Source: Mobula hypostoma (lineage: Eukaryota). From it: 64,000 nt of DNA. The stretch is from assembly GCF_963921235.1 (NCBI RefSeq), contig NC_086097.1, forward strand, positions 226,116,001 through 226,180,000, read 5' to 3'. The notes beneath the pieces are model-generated. The model did no database searches. It saw only the letters and a list, made by a program, of their open reading frames with translations, and had not been told where the DNA came from. The position numbers and the translations under genes were made by a program. Each line of letters starts with the position of its first letter. Position 1 is the stretch's first letter. This document shows, one piece after another, positions 11,661 through 25,159 of the stretch.

Positions 11661-13256
11661 ATTTTATTTTATTTTATTTCTCATGATATAATTTCTTTCT
11701 CCAGCCTCTATGATATGAATATCGATCACTCTAAAGGACATGTGATTTCTTTCATTATGTGAGGGAAAATGATTTTCAACTCAGTCTTACATGCTCTTGT
11801 TTCAACTGTAGCCAATCAAGGCAGCCATGTTGTCCTACCTATATTTAAATAGTAAACTAGCTGCATACGCCAAACCACTAATAAATCAGTGACACTCTCC
11901 CCTGCTACTCCAGCTTATTATAAAAAATATACAAATATTGCATGTGAAGAGTAACAGAAAAAGATTGCCATAAAAATCAGTCCATTTGATACATACGCAA
12001 GTAGATTATACACATAGTAACCTTATGAATGTGCATATTAATGCATTACAGCATTTTCATTGCCAGGTTTGACAACATCCTCGTGCTTCCTTACATTCTA
12101 CCTCCCCTTCGGTCCACAGCTTCCAGTAACATAGAAGGTTATATAAGAATGCAACTTTGCTGTCCCACCATCTGGCCCCAGCTTCTCACTATCCAAGCAG
12201 AGATAAAGCAAGAGGACAAGGACATTGATTTTAGAATCACACACATCAGCTCAGCTACTGACACCATGCATAGTTCAGAGGACAAACCAAAGCCCGGGGT
12301 TGTACCCTATGCAACACAGGAGACGGGGACAAGTAGGCACAGTAGAGGGAAGTATACCAGTGAGATCAGACAAGGATGTTGGTAAAATAGACAACAGAAG
12401 CGAGCCAAATGATATTTAGAATGCAATATTTTAAGAGTTGAGAAGTTGCCAGAAAGTTTGTATATAAAGTCAAGAGGCATGAAGAGTATGAGAACTTAAC
12501 TTTTGCACTAAGTTTTAAAAACAAAATGTGAGGTTGTATCTTTGCCATGCATTAGTACAAGCTATAGTTATAGTTTCTATTAAAGTTATAGTTTCTATTG
12601 GAATATAAGCAGCAGCCCTCCTCTCCCTCCCCCCCCCCACCCCCCACCACCACTCCCCACATACACCTGGGTGCTGAAGCAAAGTTTATATGGCCAAACC
12701 TGTCCCTCAAGAGCCCAGACATTTGCCAAGATCTTTGAAAGGATTAGGATAGTCAGAGCAAATGGAGTTATATTTACATGTATAACACAGAAGGTGGATG
12801 AACGGGACCTTGCCAGTTCACAAAAGGGCAATCCCATTGGATCCATTCCCTTCGTTTCCTTTCTCTTCAAACTTAATTAGAGAGCAGAGTTATACATAAT
12901 GACCCAGTATGAGACTATTTTCCCCCTTGAGTCCATGCCACCTGGGGCAAAGAAATAATGAACTCTGCACCTCAAGCCTGTAGTTCCCACAAAGCTTACT
13001 TTTTACCACCTACTAGTGCATGGAAGATGGTGCTACTGTTTCTCGCTTTACAGATGCCGCCTGACCTGCTGAGTATTTCCACCATGTTATATTTTACTTC
13101 TTTATATAATATTGTATGGAGAAATGTGGGATAAAGCAAATATCTCCTGCTCCAGCCTGTCAAAAGCTAGATGCCGAAAAGTTTTGCTTTTCCATGAGTT
13201 GGTGCCTGGCACTGAAGGTAGCCACAGATTTCAAAGAAGACACCCTTAGTGCAGTG

Positions 13257-13630
13257 TCATCATCATCATCATTGTGTGACATGGGCAATCCATGGTCTTT
13301 CCATGACCAGGATTGTTCTTGGCAATTTTTCCTACAGAAGTGGTTTGCCATTGTCTTCTTCCGGGCAGTGTCTTTACAAGATGGGTGACTACAGCCATTA
13401 TCAATACTCTTCAGAGATTGTCTGCCTCGCGTTAGTTGTCGCATAACCAGGACTTGTGATATGTACCAGCTGCTCATACAACCATCTACCACATGCTCTC
13501 GTGTCTTCACACGAGCCTGATAGTAGGGCTAAGCAGGTGCTACAGCTTACTCAAGGGTGATCGGCAAGCTGACAGAGGGAAAAAATGTCTCAACCTCCTT
13601 TGGTAGATATGTATCTCCACCCATACCCCG
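13257..13630 (-). mobile_element. Non-autonomous element with RTE/Bov-B-like 3' tail
   Basis: Minus-strand GAAGACAATGGCAAACCACTTCTG...TTGCCAAGAACAATC resembles the Bov-B/Sauria-SINE 3' end; (GAT)n tail. Confidence 0.55.
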
Positions 13631-14889
13631 TAAAGTGTAGCTGCTTCCAAAATTGATCCCCAATCCAACTAAAGCTTAGGAAGGGTAAATAGTTTAGGAC
13701 AATGGATACTATCTCCTACTCAGTGTCCTTGACCCCACTCACCTGAGTCCTCTTGCAAAGCAGATCCTGCTTTGTGTGTCCTTCTACTCATTTACCCCCA
13801 CCCCAGTACATGTCCAGCTATAGCCATTTCCCCTCCCCATTTGCCCAATCTTTATTTCCACCTCTGATAATCCCTTAACTAATAACCTGAAGGGCTTACA
13901 GTGGGGAAAATAAAAAGCAATGTCTTCCAGCAAGCTTCCAACATTAATGGAATGACTTCTGGTATCAGTTGCAAGCACAAGGCACCTTCCCATTAAGAGG
14001 TGCGGGCATGATTTCAATCGGTGCTACCCAGCTTCAGTTGATGCTAAATGCACACGTTATCACGCCCAATGAGTGCACAATAAGGCTGCCACAGCACAGG
14101 TGGCTCTGCCGGAGCCTGTAATAATAAGGTCAGACCAGAGATTTTGTGTCGATCCTGCACAATGTCAAAGGGGAGCATATTAATCATGCATTGAGATTGC
14201 TGCAAACATTTTCCAGCACTATCTAGTTTCTTCCCAAGTCGGTGGAATTACATTCAACTTTGATGAATTAAAATTTCCTGAGCAATATACAGCACTAGTA
14301 CTATATAGTTGTACTCTCCACTGTCCATTTCTCCAAACAAGGACTATGAAACATCAAGCTGCAGAACCTTTTGTATCTCCTTCTTGGTGCATTTTGACTA
14401 TCCCCTTGAAAAGTATCCATCCTTCCTTAAAACGGAACATTTATATAATGAAAATGCTCAAGTGTTTTCCTTTATATGAAAAATTCCATCGTATTTGAAA
14501 TTTCAGGAGTTTATAATTTAATTGGATTGTGCTTCTTCATGCATTCTAATTGTAATAGCTAAAATAATGCATGTTAGCACATTGGGATTTGAAATATCAA
14601 TTAAAACGGCCTCAGTTTTACTAACAGTCATTCCGCAGATTTCAGAAGATTACTAGAATCCATTATTTTTGATCTTGAGGTCATTTCTAGCTATTGAAGC
14701 TATCTAAGATTGTAAGTACAGTTGCATGAAGACAAGAAAGATCCCATCAGACAATGAATACCTAGACAATGTATTTCACCTTCTTGCAATACACTAAAAT
14801 ATCACTGCATATTTTACATTAGTGTCAACTCAAGTGCTTTCCCAAAACTAAAGAAGTACCTAAGTGAGTTTTAACTAAATTAACTAAGT

Positions 14890-15945
14890 AAAGATAGTGA
14901 GATAGTGTGCAGTCAGATTGTCAGGAGGGCAGGCAGGTGATGGGGCTTAGTTGCAGCCAATAGGCTGAGTTTCAAATTATTAGGGATACAGAATCAGAAA
15001 GGATAGCAAATACAGTACTCAAGGTGTTGTATCTAAATGCACGTAGTATAAGAAATAGGTGGATGATCTTGTTGCAATATTACAGATTACCAGGTATGAT
15101 GATGTGGCCATCACTGAGTCGTGGCTGAAGGATGGTAACAGCTGGGAACTGAATGACCAAGATTACACACTATTTCGGGGGGATTGAAAGCTAGGCATAG
15201 AGTGGGGTGTGGCTCTACTTGTAAAAAATGACATCAAATCAGTAGAAAGATGTGATATGGGATCGGAAGATGTTGAATCCTTGTGGGTTGAGTTAAGAAA
15301 CTGCAAGGGTAAAAGGACGTTGATGGCAGTTATATACTGGCTTCCCAACAGTGGCTGGGAGGCGGACCACAGGTTACAAGAGGAAGTAGAAAAGGCGATT
15401 CCAAAGGGCAATGTTATGGTAGTCATGGGAGATTTTAACATGCAAGTCGAATGGGAAAATCAGGTTGGTATTGGATCTTAAGAGAGTGAGCTTGTTGACT
15501 GCCGAGGAGATAACTTTTTAGAGCAGTTTGTCATTGAACCTACTAGGGGATCAACTATACTGGATTGTGTGTTATGTAATGAACTGGAGGCAAATAGGGA
15601 GCTTAAGGTAAATGAACCTTTAGGAACCAATGATCACAATATGATTGTGTTCAACTTGAAATTTGATAGGGAGAAAGTAAAGCCTGATGTAGCAGTATTT
15701 CAGTGGAGTAAGGGAAATTACAGTGGTATGAGAGAGGAGTTGGCCAAAGTAAATTGGAAGGAGCTGCTGGCAGGGATGTCAGCAAAGCAGCAATGGCATG
15801 CAATTCTGGGAAAAATGAGGAAGGGACGGGACATGTGTGTTCCAAAAATGAAGAAACACTGAAATGGTAAAATAGTACAACCGTGGCTGACAAGGGAATT
15901 CAAAGCTATTGTAGAAGCAAAAGCAAGAGCATACAACAAAGCCCA
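14890..15945 (+). mobile_element. CR1 LINE ORF2 endonuclease-region fragment (decayed)
   Basis: YLNARSIRN, AITESWL, VESLWVELRN, VVMGDFN, LGTNDHNMI APE motifs, with stops and frameshifts. Confidence 0.9.
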
Positions 15946-16454
15946 TTGAACCTGCTCTACCATTTGATCATGACTGTTTTGTTATCCCTTTCAACCCCCC
16001 CCCCCCCGTCCTGCCTTCTCCACATAATCACCCAGAGTCATCACAGACAGCTACCCATAATCAAAGTGAGAGTGACCATCCTTCCTTCAACCGACTGCAA
16101 TCATTCAGGAGACATAGTAACATAGTAAAGGAGTGCTAGGGTGCTGGGCCTAACCTTTAAGGATGTCAAGCAAGGTTGTGCGTCTTCGGAGATAAACTTT
16201 ACGATATTTCATTGTGTATTATTGATGTTATCAATGAGACTTTATTCTTTCCATTTTGCTGTTTATTTCAAAATAATCAATTGCTACAATGACTCACAAT
16301 GGAAAAGAAAAAGTCTGCAGATGACTTAAAATAGGCTCCATTTGCCTAGCCATAATGGACTCCTCATTGCTTAATGAGTATGGTCGCTACTGACTTGCGA
16401 TGTTATCCCTTCAAAAGAATTAATCTCACTTGGTGGCTAGAGTACTGATGTTCA

Positions 16455-16555
16455 CAGTCCTGATGAAGGATCGCAGCCTGAAACATCATCTATTTATTCT
16501 TCTCCATAGATGCTACATGACCTGCTGGGTTCCTTCAGCATTCTCTGAGTGCTAC
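16455..16555 (+). mobile_element. Penelope pLTR fragment with hammerhead core
   Basis: CAGTC-CTGATGA-AGGATCGCAGCCT-GAAACATC; 3' strand of stem I decayed. Confidence 0.7.
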
Positions 16556-16824
16556 ATGGACAATCCGCTGTGGACAGTGGTCAGCAGTTTAAGTTCTCAT
16601 TCAATGTTTAAACCCATAAGTTGAAGCTGCTCTCAAGGATGTTTATTTTGTTCAGTGTTTGTGAATGTTTAAGCAAGGTAGCAGTCATCAGGAAATTCAT
16701 AGGTTTGTCACAAGCCATTGATGTGTTATGGCAAGTGCAGGTGGCCCTGCATTGATAGAATATTATTCATCATTTGGATTCTTCTGCCCGATGACTGACG
16801 TACCAGGTTGGTGTAAGGGATTCA

Positions 16825-16962
16825 CAAACATGAGGATATCTGTAGATGCTGGAAATCCAACGCAACACACACAAAATGCTAGAGGAACTCAGCAGGTCAA
16901 GCAACATCTATGGAAAAGAGTAAACAGTCGCTGCTTTGGGCCAAGACCCTTCTTCAGGACTT
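16825..16962 (-). mobile_element. Penelope pLTR fragment with degenerate hammerhead
   Basis: Minus strand AGTCCTGAAGAAGGGTCTTGGCCCAAAGCAGCGACTG (GAAA box lost). Confidence 0.75.
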
Positions 16963-17021
16963 CTCCACAGACCCCTCGATTAATCATAGGGGTCCATGGC
17001 ATTAAAAAGTTGAGAACCCCT
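16963..17021. mobile_element. hAT-type MITE right end
   Basis: Ends AAAAAGTTGAGAACCCCTG, the reverse complement of a CAGGGGTTCTCAAC hAT/Charlie-type TIR. Confidence 0.55.
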
Positions 17022-17650
17022 GCTTTAAGGCATGAGGGTTTCACAGGCTAAATCATCAATTAATTGGCGATTCCTAGTTGCCCTTGAGAAGTTGGTGGTG
17101 AACTGCTTTCCTGAACCACTGCAGTTCTTAAGGTGTGGTAAACTGTGATGAAGAAACTTCCAAGGTTTTGACCCAGTGATGGTGAAAGAACAGCAACATA
17201 TTTTCAAGTCAAGATAATGTTTGGTTTAGGGGCAATTTCCAGGAGGTGCTTTTTCATGATTTTACAGCCTTTGTTCTTCTAGCTGGTAGAAGTTGTGGGT
17301 TTGGAAGTCTTTGTGAGTTGCTGCAGTATACCTTATAGATCGTACAAGCTGCTGCTACCGTGTGTCAGTGGCGGTGTGAGTGAATGATTAGAGTGCTGAC
17401 CAAATGTCCTGCTCTGTCATTTATGGGGTCAAGTTTCTTGAGTGGTAAAGCTGCACTCGTCCAGGCAAGAAGAGAATATTCCTTCATACTGTACTCCTGA
17501 GCTGAGGTTTGGGGGTATGGACAGGATTTGGGAAAGTAAGAGGTGAATTACTCACTGAAGGATTCCTAGGTTCTGACCAGTAGTTGTAGCCACGTTGAAT
17601 ATATGTCCATTTCAGTTCAGTTTCTGGTCAATAATGACTCCTTGAACTGG

Positions 17651-19910
17651 TGCTGAACTCGTCGATTTCATCACGTGGTGAACTCGTCGGTTTCATGGAC
17701 GACTGCATTGGTGCTGCTTCCTGCACCCATGCTGAACTCGTCGATTTCATCCACTTTGCTTCCAACTTCCACCTGGCCCTCAAATTCACCTGGTTCATTT
17801 CCGACACTTCCCTTCCTTTTCTCGACCTCACTGTATCTATCTTTGGAGACAGCTTATCCACCGATGTCTATTATAAACCGACGGTCTCTCACAGGTACCT
17901 GGACTGTACCTCATCCCATCCTGCTACTTGTAAAAATGCCATCCCCTTCCCTCACTCCCTCCACCTCTGCCGCATCTGCTCTCAGGATGAGGCTTTTCAT
18001 TCTAGAATGAAGGTTGATGTCGAAAGAAAGGGGCTTCCCTTCCTCCACCATGAATGCTGCCCTCAACCGCGTCTCTTCCATTTCATGCACATCTGCTCTT
18101 ACCCCATCGTTCCACCATGCTACCAGGGATAGGGTTCCTCTTGTCCTCACCTACCACCCCAATATCCTCCGCATCCACCACATAATCCTCCGACCCTTCC
18201 GCCACCTCTAACTGGATCCCACTACCAAACACATCTTTCCCTCCCCGCAACTTTCAGCTTTCTGCAGGGATCACTCCCAACTCGATTCCTTTGTCCATTC
18301 ATCTTTCCCCACTGATCTCCCTCCTGGTACTTATCCTTGCAAGCAGAACAAGTGCTTCACCTGCCTCTACACCTCCTCCCTCACTACCATTCAGGGCCCC
18401 AAACAGTCCTTCCAGGTGAAGCAATCCTTCACCTGTGAGTTTTTTGGGGTCATATACTGTGTTTGGTGCTCCCAATGTGACAACTTGTATATTGGTGAGA
18501 CCCATAAGACCATAAAACAAAGGAGCAGAAGTCGGCCATTCGGCCCATCGAGTCTGCTCCGCCATTTTATCATGAGCTGATCCATTCTCCCACTTAGTCC
18601 CACTCCCCCGCCCTCTCACCATAACCTCTGATGCCCTGGCTACTCAGATACCTATCAATCTCTGCCTTAAATACACCCAATGACTTGACCTCCACTGCCG
18701 CCCGTGGCAACAAATTCCACAGATTCACCACCCTCTGGCTTAAAAAATGTCTTCGCATCTCTGTTCTGAATGGGCGTCCTTCAATCCTTAAGTCATGCCC
18801 TTTCATACTAGACACCCCCACCATGGGAAAGAACTTTGACACATCCACTCTGTCGATGCCTCTCAACATTCGAAATGTTTCTATGAAGTCCCCCCTCATT
18901 CTTTAAAACTCCAAGGATTACAGTCCAAAAGCGGTCAAACGTTCCTCATATGTTAACCCTGTCATTCCCAGAATAATTCTAGTGCATTTTCTCTGAACCC
19001 TCTCCAACGTCAGCACATCCTTTCTTAAATAAGGAGCCCAAAACTGCACACTGTACTCCAAGTGAGGTCTTACCAGTGCCTTATAGAGCCTCAACATCAC
19101 ATCCCTGCTCCTATACTCTATTCCTCTAGAAATGAACGCCAACATTGCGTTTGCCTTCTTCATCACCGACTCAACCTGGAGGTTAACCTTAAGGGTATCC
19201 TGCACGAGGACTCCCAAGTCCTGTTGCATCTCAGAACTTTGAATTCTCTCCCCATTTAAATAACAGTCTGCCCGTTTATTTCTTCTACCAAAATGCATAA
19301 CCATACACTTTCCAACCGACGTATATTAGGAAACCACTTCGCCAAAAATATACGCTTTGTCCTCCAGAACACGTGGGATCTCCCAGTGGCCACCCATTTT
19401 AATTCCACTTCCCATTCCCATTCCAATATATCCATCCATGGCCTCCTCCACTGTTGGGATAAGGTCACACTTAGGTTGGAGGAACAACACCTTATATTCT
19501 GTTTGGGTAGCCTACAGCTTGATGGCATGAACATCGATTTCTCAAACTTCCAGTAATGCCTCTAATTGCCCCCCCCCATCATTTCCAATCCCCTTGTCCC
19601 TCTCTCATGTTGTCTCCTTGCCCACCCATCGCCTCCCTCCAGTGCTCCTCCCCGCCCCCCACTTTCTTCTTTCTTCCATGGCCTTCTGTCTCTTTCACCA
19701 ATCAACTTCCTAACTCTTTGCTTCATCCCTCCCCCTCCAAGTTCCACCTATGGCCTGGCATTTCTCTCTCCCCTTCCCCCACCTTTCAAATCTACTCAGC
19801 TGTTTTTCTCCAGTCCTGCTGAAGGGTCTTAGCCTTAAACCTCGACTGAACTTTTTTCCATGGATGCTACCTGGCCTGCTGAGTTCCTCCAGCATTTTGT
19901 GTGTGTTGCT
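17651..19910 (+). mobile_element. 5'-truncated Penelope-like element (RT, GIY-YIG, pLTR), split by a CR1
   Basis: DDCIG...LKFTW.IS..SLPFLDL.V...LSTDVYYKPT.SH.YLD.TSSHP..CKNAIPF; RVPLVLTYHP; GVIYCVWCSQ..LYIGET | RRILGNHF...VATHFNS...LRLEEQHLIFCLGSLQLDGMNIDFSNF; pLTR with degenerate hammerhead at 19811-19848. Confidence 0.92.
18503..19315 (-). mobile_element. CR1 LINE 3' fragment inserted into the Penelope GIY-YIG domain
   Basis: LYKALVRPHLEYSVQFWAPYLRKD; RGDFIETFRML...FLSQRVVNLWN; TTATGGTCTTATG tail. Confidence 0.92.
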
Positions 19911-20699
19911 CATGACTACTAGAGTATTGGCAGTGGGGGGTTCAAGGATGGTAATGCCAATGAATACCAAGGGGTGATAGCTGGAATTTCTGTTGTGGAG
20001 GTATTCTCACTGCCAGTCATTGGTGTGGCACAAACATTACTTACTATCTCTCAACACAGGCCTTGATATTGTTCAGGTTTTGCTTTGCACCTCAGACATG
20101 TCCAGGAATGGAGAGTTGTCACAAGTAGCTCTTTGCTTTTGGGCACACTTTCACCTCCTACTTGGAAATCCCCAACTCCCCTTTAGTCAATAGGATGCTA
20201 CCAGTTGTGTCACCATTGAAGTACCTATCAAGTAAGTCACTCAGTTGCTGAATACTGCAAGTGTCCCCGTTAATTATATCAGAGCTTGTGAACTTTGAGA
20301 TATGAGTCCGCATCCTGAAGCTGCTCAGAAATGTCTCCAGTTAGCTCTGTTAAATTCACAAAGGTACTTGTGTGCAGATGGAAGATCCAATTTGTGTCAA
20401 TATGGACAAAAGTACACTTTATGTACATAATAATGTCATGAAGTGCATGTGAGATGCTGGTGAAAGGTTAAGACAGTTATGTGGATTGCAAACTGAAAAT
20501 GGGCGGTATCTGGAAATGGTCTCTCGTGCTATTTGCTCCCTGTGAAATTGAAATTAGAATACATTGAGCCTAAAAGTGCAAAATAACCCACTTTCAAAGC
20601 TGAATATCTGTTCATTTTCCAGTGGGTGACAGTAGGGGTAAAGGATGTGGATATTTGGTAACCAGAATTGGAAATGATGAAACAGAGGTGGAGTTTATA

Positions 20700-21170
20700 G
20701 GTAGAAGGTCTGATCAGAGTTGTTAACTCTGTCTCAGAATTTGCCAAGTCTTTTTGTACATGCTGTTGTTGAATTGTCATTGTGTGCTTGGGTAACAGAA
20801 GAGTTTGGGAGGGCTAAGATTTTATTCAATGAAGTGCAGGAGAATGAGAGATGTACAAGTTCATGAGGGTAAATGTGCACAGTTATTTCCCAGAGTTGGA
20901 AATCAGGAACTGGACGGTAGAGGTGAGAGAGGATAGATTTACCAGAAACAGGAGGGTCAATTTTTCCACCTGGAGAATGATCAGTATATAGAATGAGCTG
21001 CTGGATGAAATGGGTGTACATTTACAACATTTGAAAGATTCTTGGACAGGTACCTAGATGTGGGCTAAGTATGGGAAAAAAGGGACTACCTAAGATAGAA
21101 ACCTTGGTTAGCATGGTGTAGTTGGACCAAGAGCCTGTTTCTATGCTGTATAACTATTTGACACTATAAC
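20700..21170 (+). mobile_element. Old CR1 3' remnant
   Basis: Degenerate similarity to the CR1 3' ends elsewhere in the window. Confidence 0.5.
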
Positions 21171-21931
21171 TATTACCATAAGACCAGAAGCTCATCCATA
21201 GGAGCAAAATTATGCAACTTGGCCCACTGTGTCTGCTCTGCCATTCCATCAAGTGATATATTATCCCTTGTAACCCCATTCCCTTGCCTTTTCCCTGTAA
21301 CCTTTGATGCCCTGACTAACCAAAAACATATTAACCTCCGCTTTAAGTATACCCAGTGACTTGGCCTCCGCAGTTGTCCATGGAAATGAATTCCACAGAT
21401 TCACATCCCTGAAGTTAAGGAAATTTCACCTCATCTCTGTTCTAAATAGGCATCCTCTAACCTGGTTCTACACTCTGCTACTATAGGAATCATCCTCTCC
21501 ACATCAACTCTATCTAAGCATTTAAGTATTTGATAGACTTCAATGAGATTCCAAACCACACACCCCCACCCATTCTTCTAAGCTCCAGTGTGTACAAGCC
21601 CAGACACATCAAACAAGACTCATACATTAACCCTATCATTCCCAGAGTCATTCTTGTGAATCTCCTTCTCCAATGTTAACACATATTTTCTTAGATAAGT
21701 GACCCAAAACTACTCAAAATACTCTATGCTGTCTGAACAGTGCCTTATAATGCCTCAACATTATATTCTTGCTCTTATATTTCAGTCCTCTTGAAATTAA
21801 TACTAACATGGCAGTTGTCTTCCTCACCACTGACTCAACCTGAAAGCTCGCCTTAAGGGAATCCTGCACAAGGACTCCCCAGTACATTTGCCCGCTGATT
21901 TTTGAATTGCCTCCTCATTTAGAAAACAAGA

Positions 21932-22062
21932 CAGCCAAAAGGTCTCGGCCTGAAACATCAGCTGTACTCTTTTCCATAGATGCTGCCTGGCCTGTTGAGT
22001 TCCTCCAGCATTTTGTGTGTGTTGTTGTGAATTTCCAGCATCTGCAGATTTGCTCCTTCTTC
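21932..22062 (+). mobile_element. Penelope pLTR fragment
   Basis: AAGGTCTCGGCCTGAAACATCAGCTG...GATGCTGCCTGGCCTGTTGAGTTCCTCCAGC. Confidence 0.75.
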
Positions 22063-22202
22063 TGATAGATAATAGTCTATGTCTTTATTCCTACTAACAA
22101 AGTCCATGACCAAACAATTCCCTCCATTATATTCCACCTGCCACTTCTTTGCCCCTTCTACAGATCTGTCCAAATCATTCTGCAGACTTCCTGCTTCCTC
22201 AC

Positions 22203-23857
22203 TGAGGAACTTGATGATGGTGAGGACAATATGAGTGAGGTTGATGTTCTGGAGCATGTTGATATTAAGGCAGAGGAGGTGTTGGAATTATAAAATACAT
22301 TAGGATGGATAAGTCCCCGGGGCCTGACGGAATATTCCCCAGGCTGCTCCATGAGGCGAAGGCGGAGATTGTCGAGCCTCTGGCTAGGATCTTTACGTCC
22401 TCGTTGTCTATGGGAATGGTACTGGAGGATTGGATGGAGGCGAATGTTGTCCCCTTGTTCAAAAAAGGTAGTAGGGATAGTCTGGGTAGTATTATAGACC
22501 AGAGAGCCTTATGTCTGTGGTGGGAAAGCTGTTGGAAAAGATTCTTAGAGGTAGGATCTATGGGCATTTAGAGATTCATAGTCTGATCAGGGACAGTCAG
22601 CATGGCTTTGTGAAGGGTAGATCATGTCTAACAAGCCTGATAGAGTTCTTTGAGGAGCTGACCAGACATATAGATGAGGGAAGTGCAGTGGATGTGATCT
22701 ATATGGATTTTAGTAAGGCATTTGACAAGGTTCCACACGGTAGGCTCATTCAGAAAGTCAGAAGGCATGGGATCCAGGGAAGTTTGACCAGGTGGATTCA
22801 GAATTGGCTTGCCTGCAAAAGGCAGAGGGTGGTGGTGGAGGGAGTACATTCAGATTGGAGGATTGTGACTAGTGGTGTCCCACAAGGATCGGTTCTGGGA
22901 CCTCTACTTTTCGTGATTTTTATTAACGACCTGGATGTGGGGGTAGAAGGGTGGGTTGGCAAGTTTGCAGATGACACAAAGGTTGGTTGGGTTGCGAATA
23001 GTGTAGAGGATCGTTGAAGATTGCAGAGAGACATTGATAGGATGCAGAAGTGGGCTGAGAAGTGACAGATGGAGTTCAACCCAGAGAAGTGTGAGGTGGT
23101 ACACTTTGGATGGACAAACTCCAAGGCAGAGTACAAAGTAAATGGCAGGATACTTGGTAGTGTGGAGGAGCAGAGGGATCTGGGGTTACATGTCCACAGA
23201 TCCCTGAAAGTTGCCTCACAGGTAGATAGGGTAGCTAAGAAAGCTTATGGGGTGTTAGCTTTCATAAGTCGAGGGATAGAGTTTAAGAGTCGCGAGGTAA
23301 TGATGCAGCTCTATAAAACTCTGGTTAGGCCACACTTGAAGTATTGTGTCCAGTTCTGGTCGCCTCACTATAGGAAGGATGTGAAAGCATTGGAAAGGGT
23401 ACAGAGGAGATTTACCAGGATTCTGCCTAGTTTAGAGAGTATGGATTATGATCAGAGATTAAGGCAGCTAGGACTTCACTCTTTGCAGAGAAGGGGGATG
23501 AGAGGAGACATGATAAAGGTGTACAAGATAATAAGAGAAATAGATAGAGTGGATAGCCAGCGCCTCTTCCCCAGGGCACCACTGCTCAAAACAAGAGGAC
23601 ATGGCTTTAAGGTAAGAGGTGGGAAATTAAAGGGGGATATTAGAGGAAGGTTTTTTACTCAGAAAGTGGTTGGTGCTTGGAATACACTGCCTGAGTCAGT
23701 GGTGGAGACAGATACACTAGTGAAGTTTAAGAGACTACTCGACAGGTATATGGAGGAATTTAAGGTGGGGGTTATATGGGAGGCAGGGTTTGAGGGTCGG
23801 CACAACAATGTAGGCCGAAGGGCCTGTACTGTGCTGTTCTCTTCTATGTTCTATGTT
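22203..23857 (+). mobile_element. CR1 LINE RT and 3' end (5'-truncated)
   Basis: [66 protein letters not shown]; (CTATGTT)n tail; several stops. Confidence 0.95.
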
Positions 23858-25159
23858 CAACATTACCTGTTGCTCCACTTACCTTTGTATCGTTTACAAA
23901 CATGGCCACAAATCAACAAATTCTGTCATCCAATTTGTTGTCATACTATATAACATGAAAGAAGCAATACCAGTACTGATCTCTGCAGAGCACCATTAGT
24001 CACCTGCAGCCAACCAACTCCTTGCCTTCTGCCAATCAGCCTGTCTTCTATGCATGTTCATATCTTTCTTGTAATACCATGGGTTCTTATCTTGTTAAGC
24101 AGCCTCACGTGCAGCACCCTATCAAAGACCTTCAGGAAATCCAAATAAACACCATCCACTGACTATCCTTTAAAAATTCTGCTTGTTTTTCCCTCAAAGA
24201 ATTCCAATAGGTTTGTCAGGCAAGATTTCCCCTTAAGGAAAACATGCTGACTTTGATATAGTTTATCACGTGCCTCCAAGTACCTTGAAACCTCATCATT
24301 AATAATGGACTCCATCTTCCAAACCACTGACGGCAGCCTAAATGGCCTATAATTTCCTTCCCTCTGTCACCTTCCCTTCTTAATGACTGGAGTGACCTTT
24401 GCAATTTTTTGGTCCTCCGGAATCACTTCAGAATCCAGTGATTCTTGAAAAATCATTACTAATGCCTCCACATCTCTTCAGCAACCTCGTTCAGTATCTT
24501 GGGTGTAGTCCATTTGGTTCAGCTGACTTATTTACCTTCAGACCTTTCAACTTCCCAACTACCTTCTCCTTAGTAATAGTAATTACACCCACTTCTGCTC
24601 CTTGGCAGTCTCGAATTTCTGGCATACTGTTAGTGGCCTCCACAATAAAGACTGAAGACATACTTATTAAGTCTGTCCACCACTTCTTTTTCCTCCATTA
24701 CATCTCCAGCATTATCTTCCACTGGTCCAATATCCACTCTCACCTTTCTTTTATTCATTATACTATATATCTGAAAAAGCTTTTGGTATCCTCTTTGATA
24801 TTATTGGGTAGCTTACCTTCATACCTTCATATTTCATCATTTCTTTCCTTATGGCTTTTATAGTTGTCTTTTGATGGTTTTTGAAATCTTTTCACTCCTT
24901 TAACCTCCCACTCTTTTTTACCATAATGTACGTCCTTTCTTTTGTTATTATTCAGTCTTTGATTTCATTTGATTTCTACCGCCCCCCCCCCACCCCCACA
25001 CACACACACACCCCGGCAGTAATTACACAGCAGGGAAGTTATGCTTTTCAGCAATCACTTGGGGTTGTAATACGCATTTCATTACAGGATTCTGGTATGA
25101 ACTTCAATGCAATATAAATCTAGCCAGTGACTTATTGCACCACTGGCAGTCCGACTGTC

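Larger units (their letters stand above)
17030..20095 (-). mobile_element. Old non-LTR retrotransposon fragment (clade uncertain) hosting the Penelope/CR1 nest
   Basis: Decayed LINE-like sequence at 17030-17640 appears to continue at ~19912-20095; ATGACT on both sides of the insert. Confidence 0.5.
21175..24960 (-). mobile_element. CR1 LINE (decayed), interrupted by a pLTR (~21930-22060) and an opposite-strand CR1
   Basis: CR1 tail at ~21175; RT-like sequence breaks at CTGCTTCCTCA (~22201) and resumes at TCAACATTACCTG (~23857). Confidence 0.8.

Noticed and set aside
12029..12385. 118-aa ORF
   Set aside because: No motif, splice or composition support
12566..12599. 18-bp tandem duplication around AGTTATAGTTTCTATT
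   Set aside because: Ordinary slippage product
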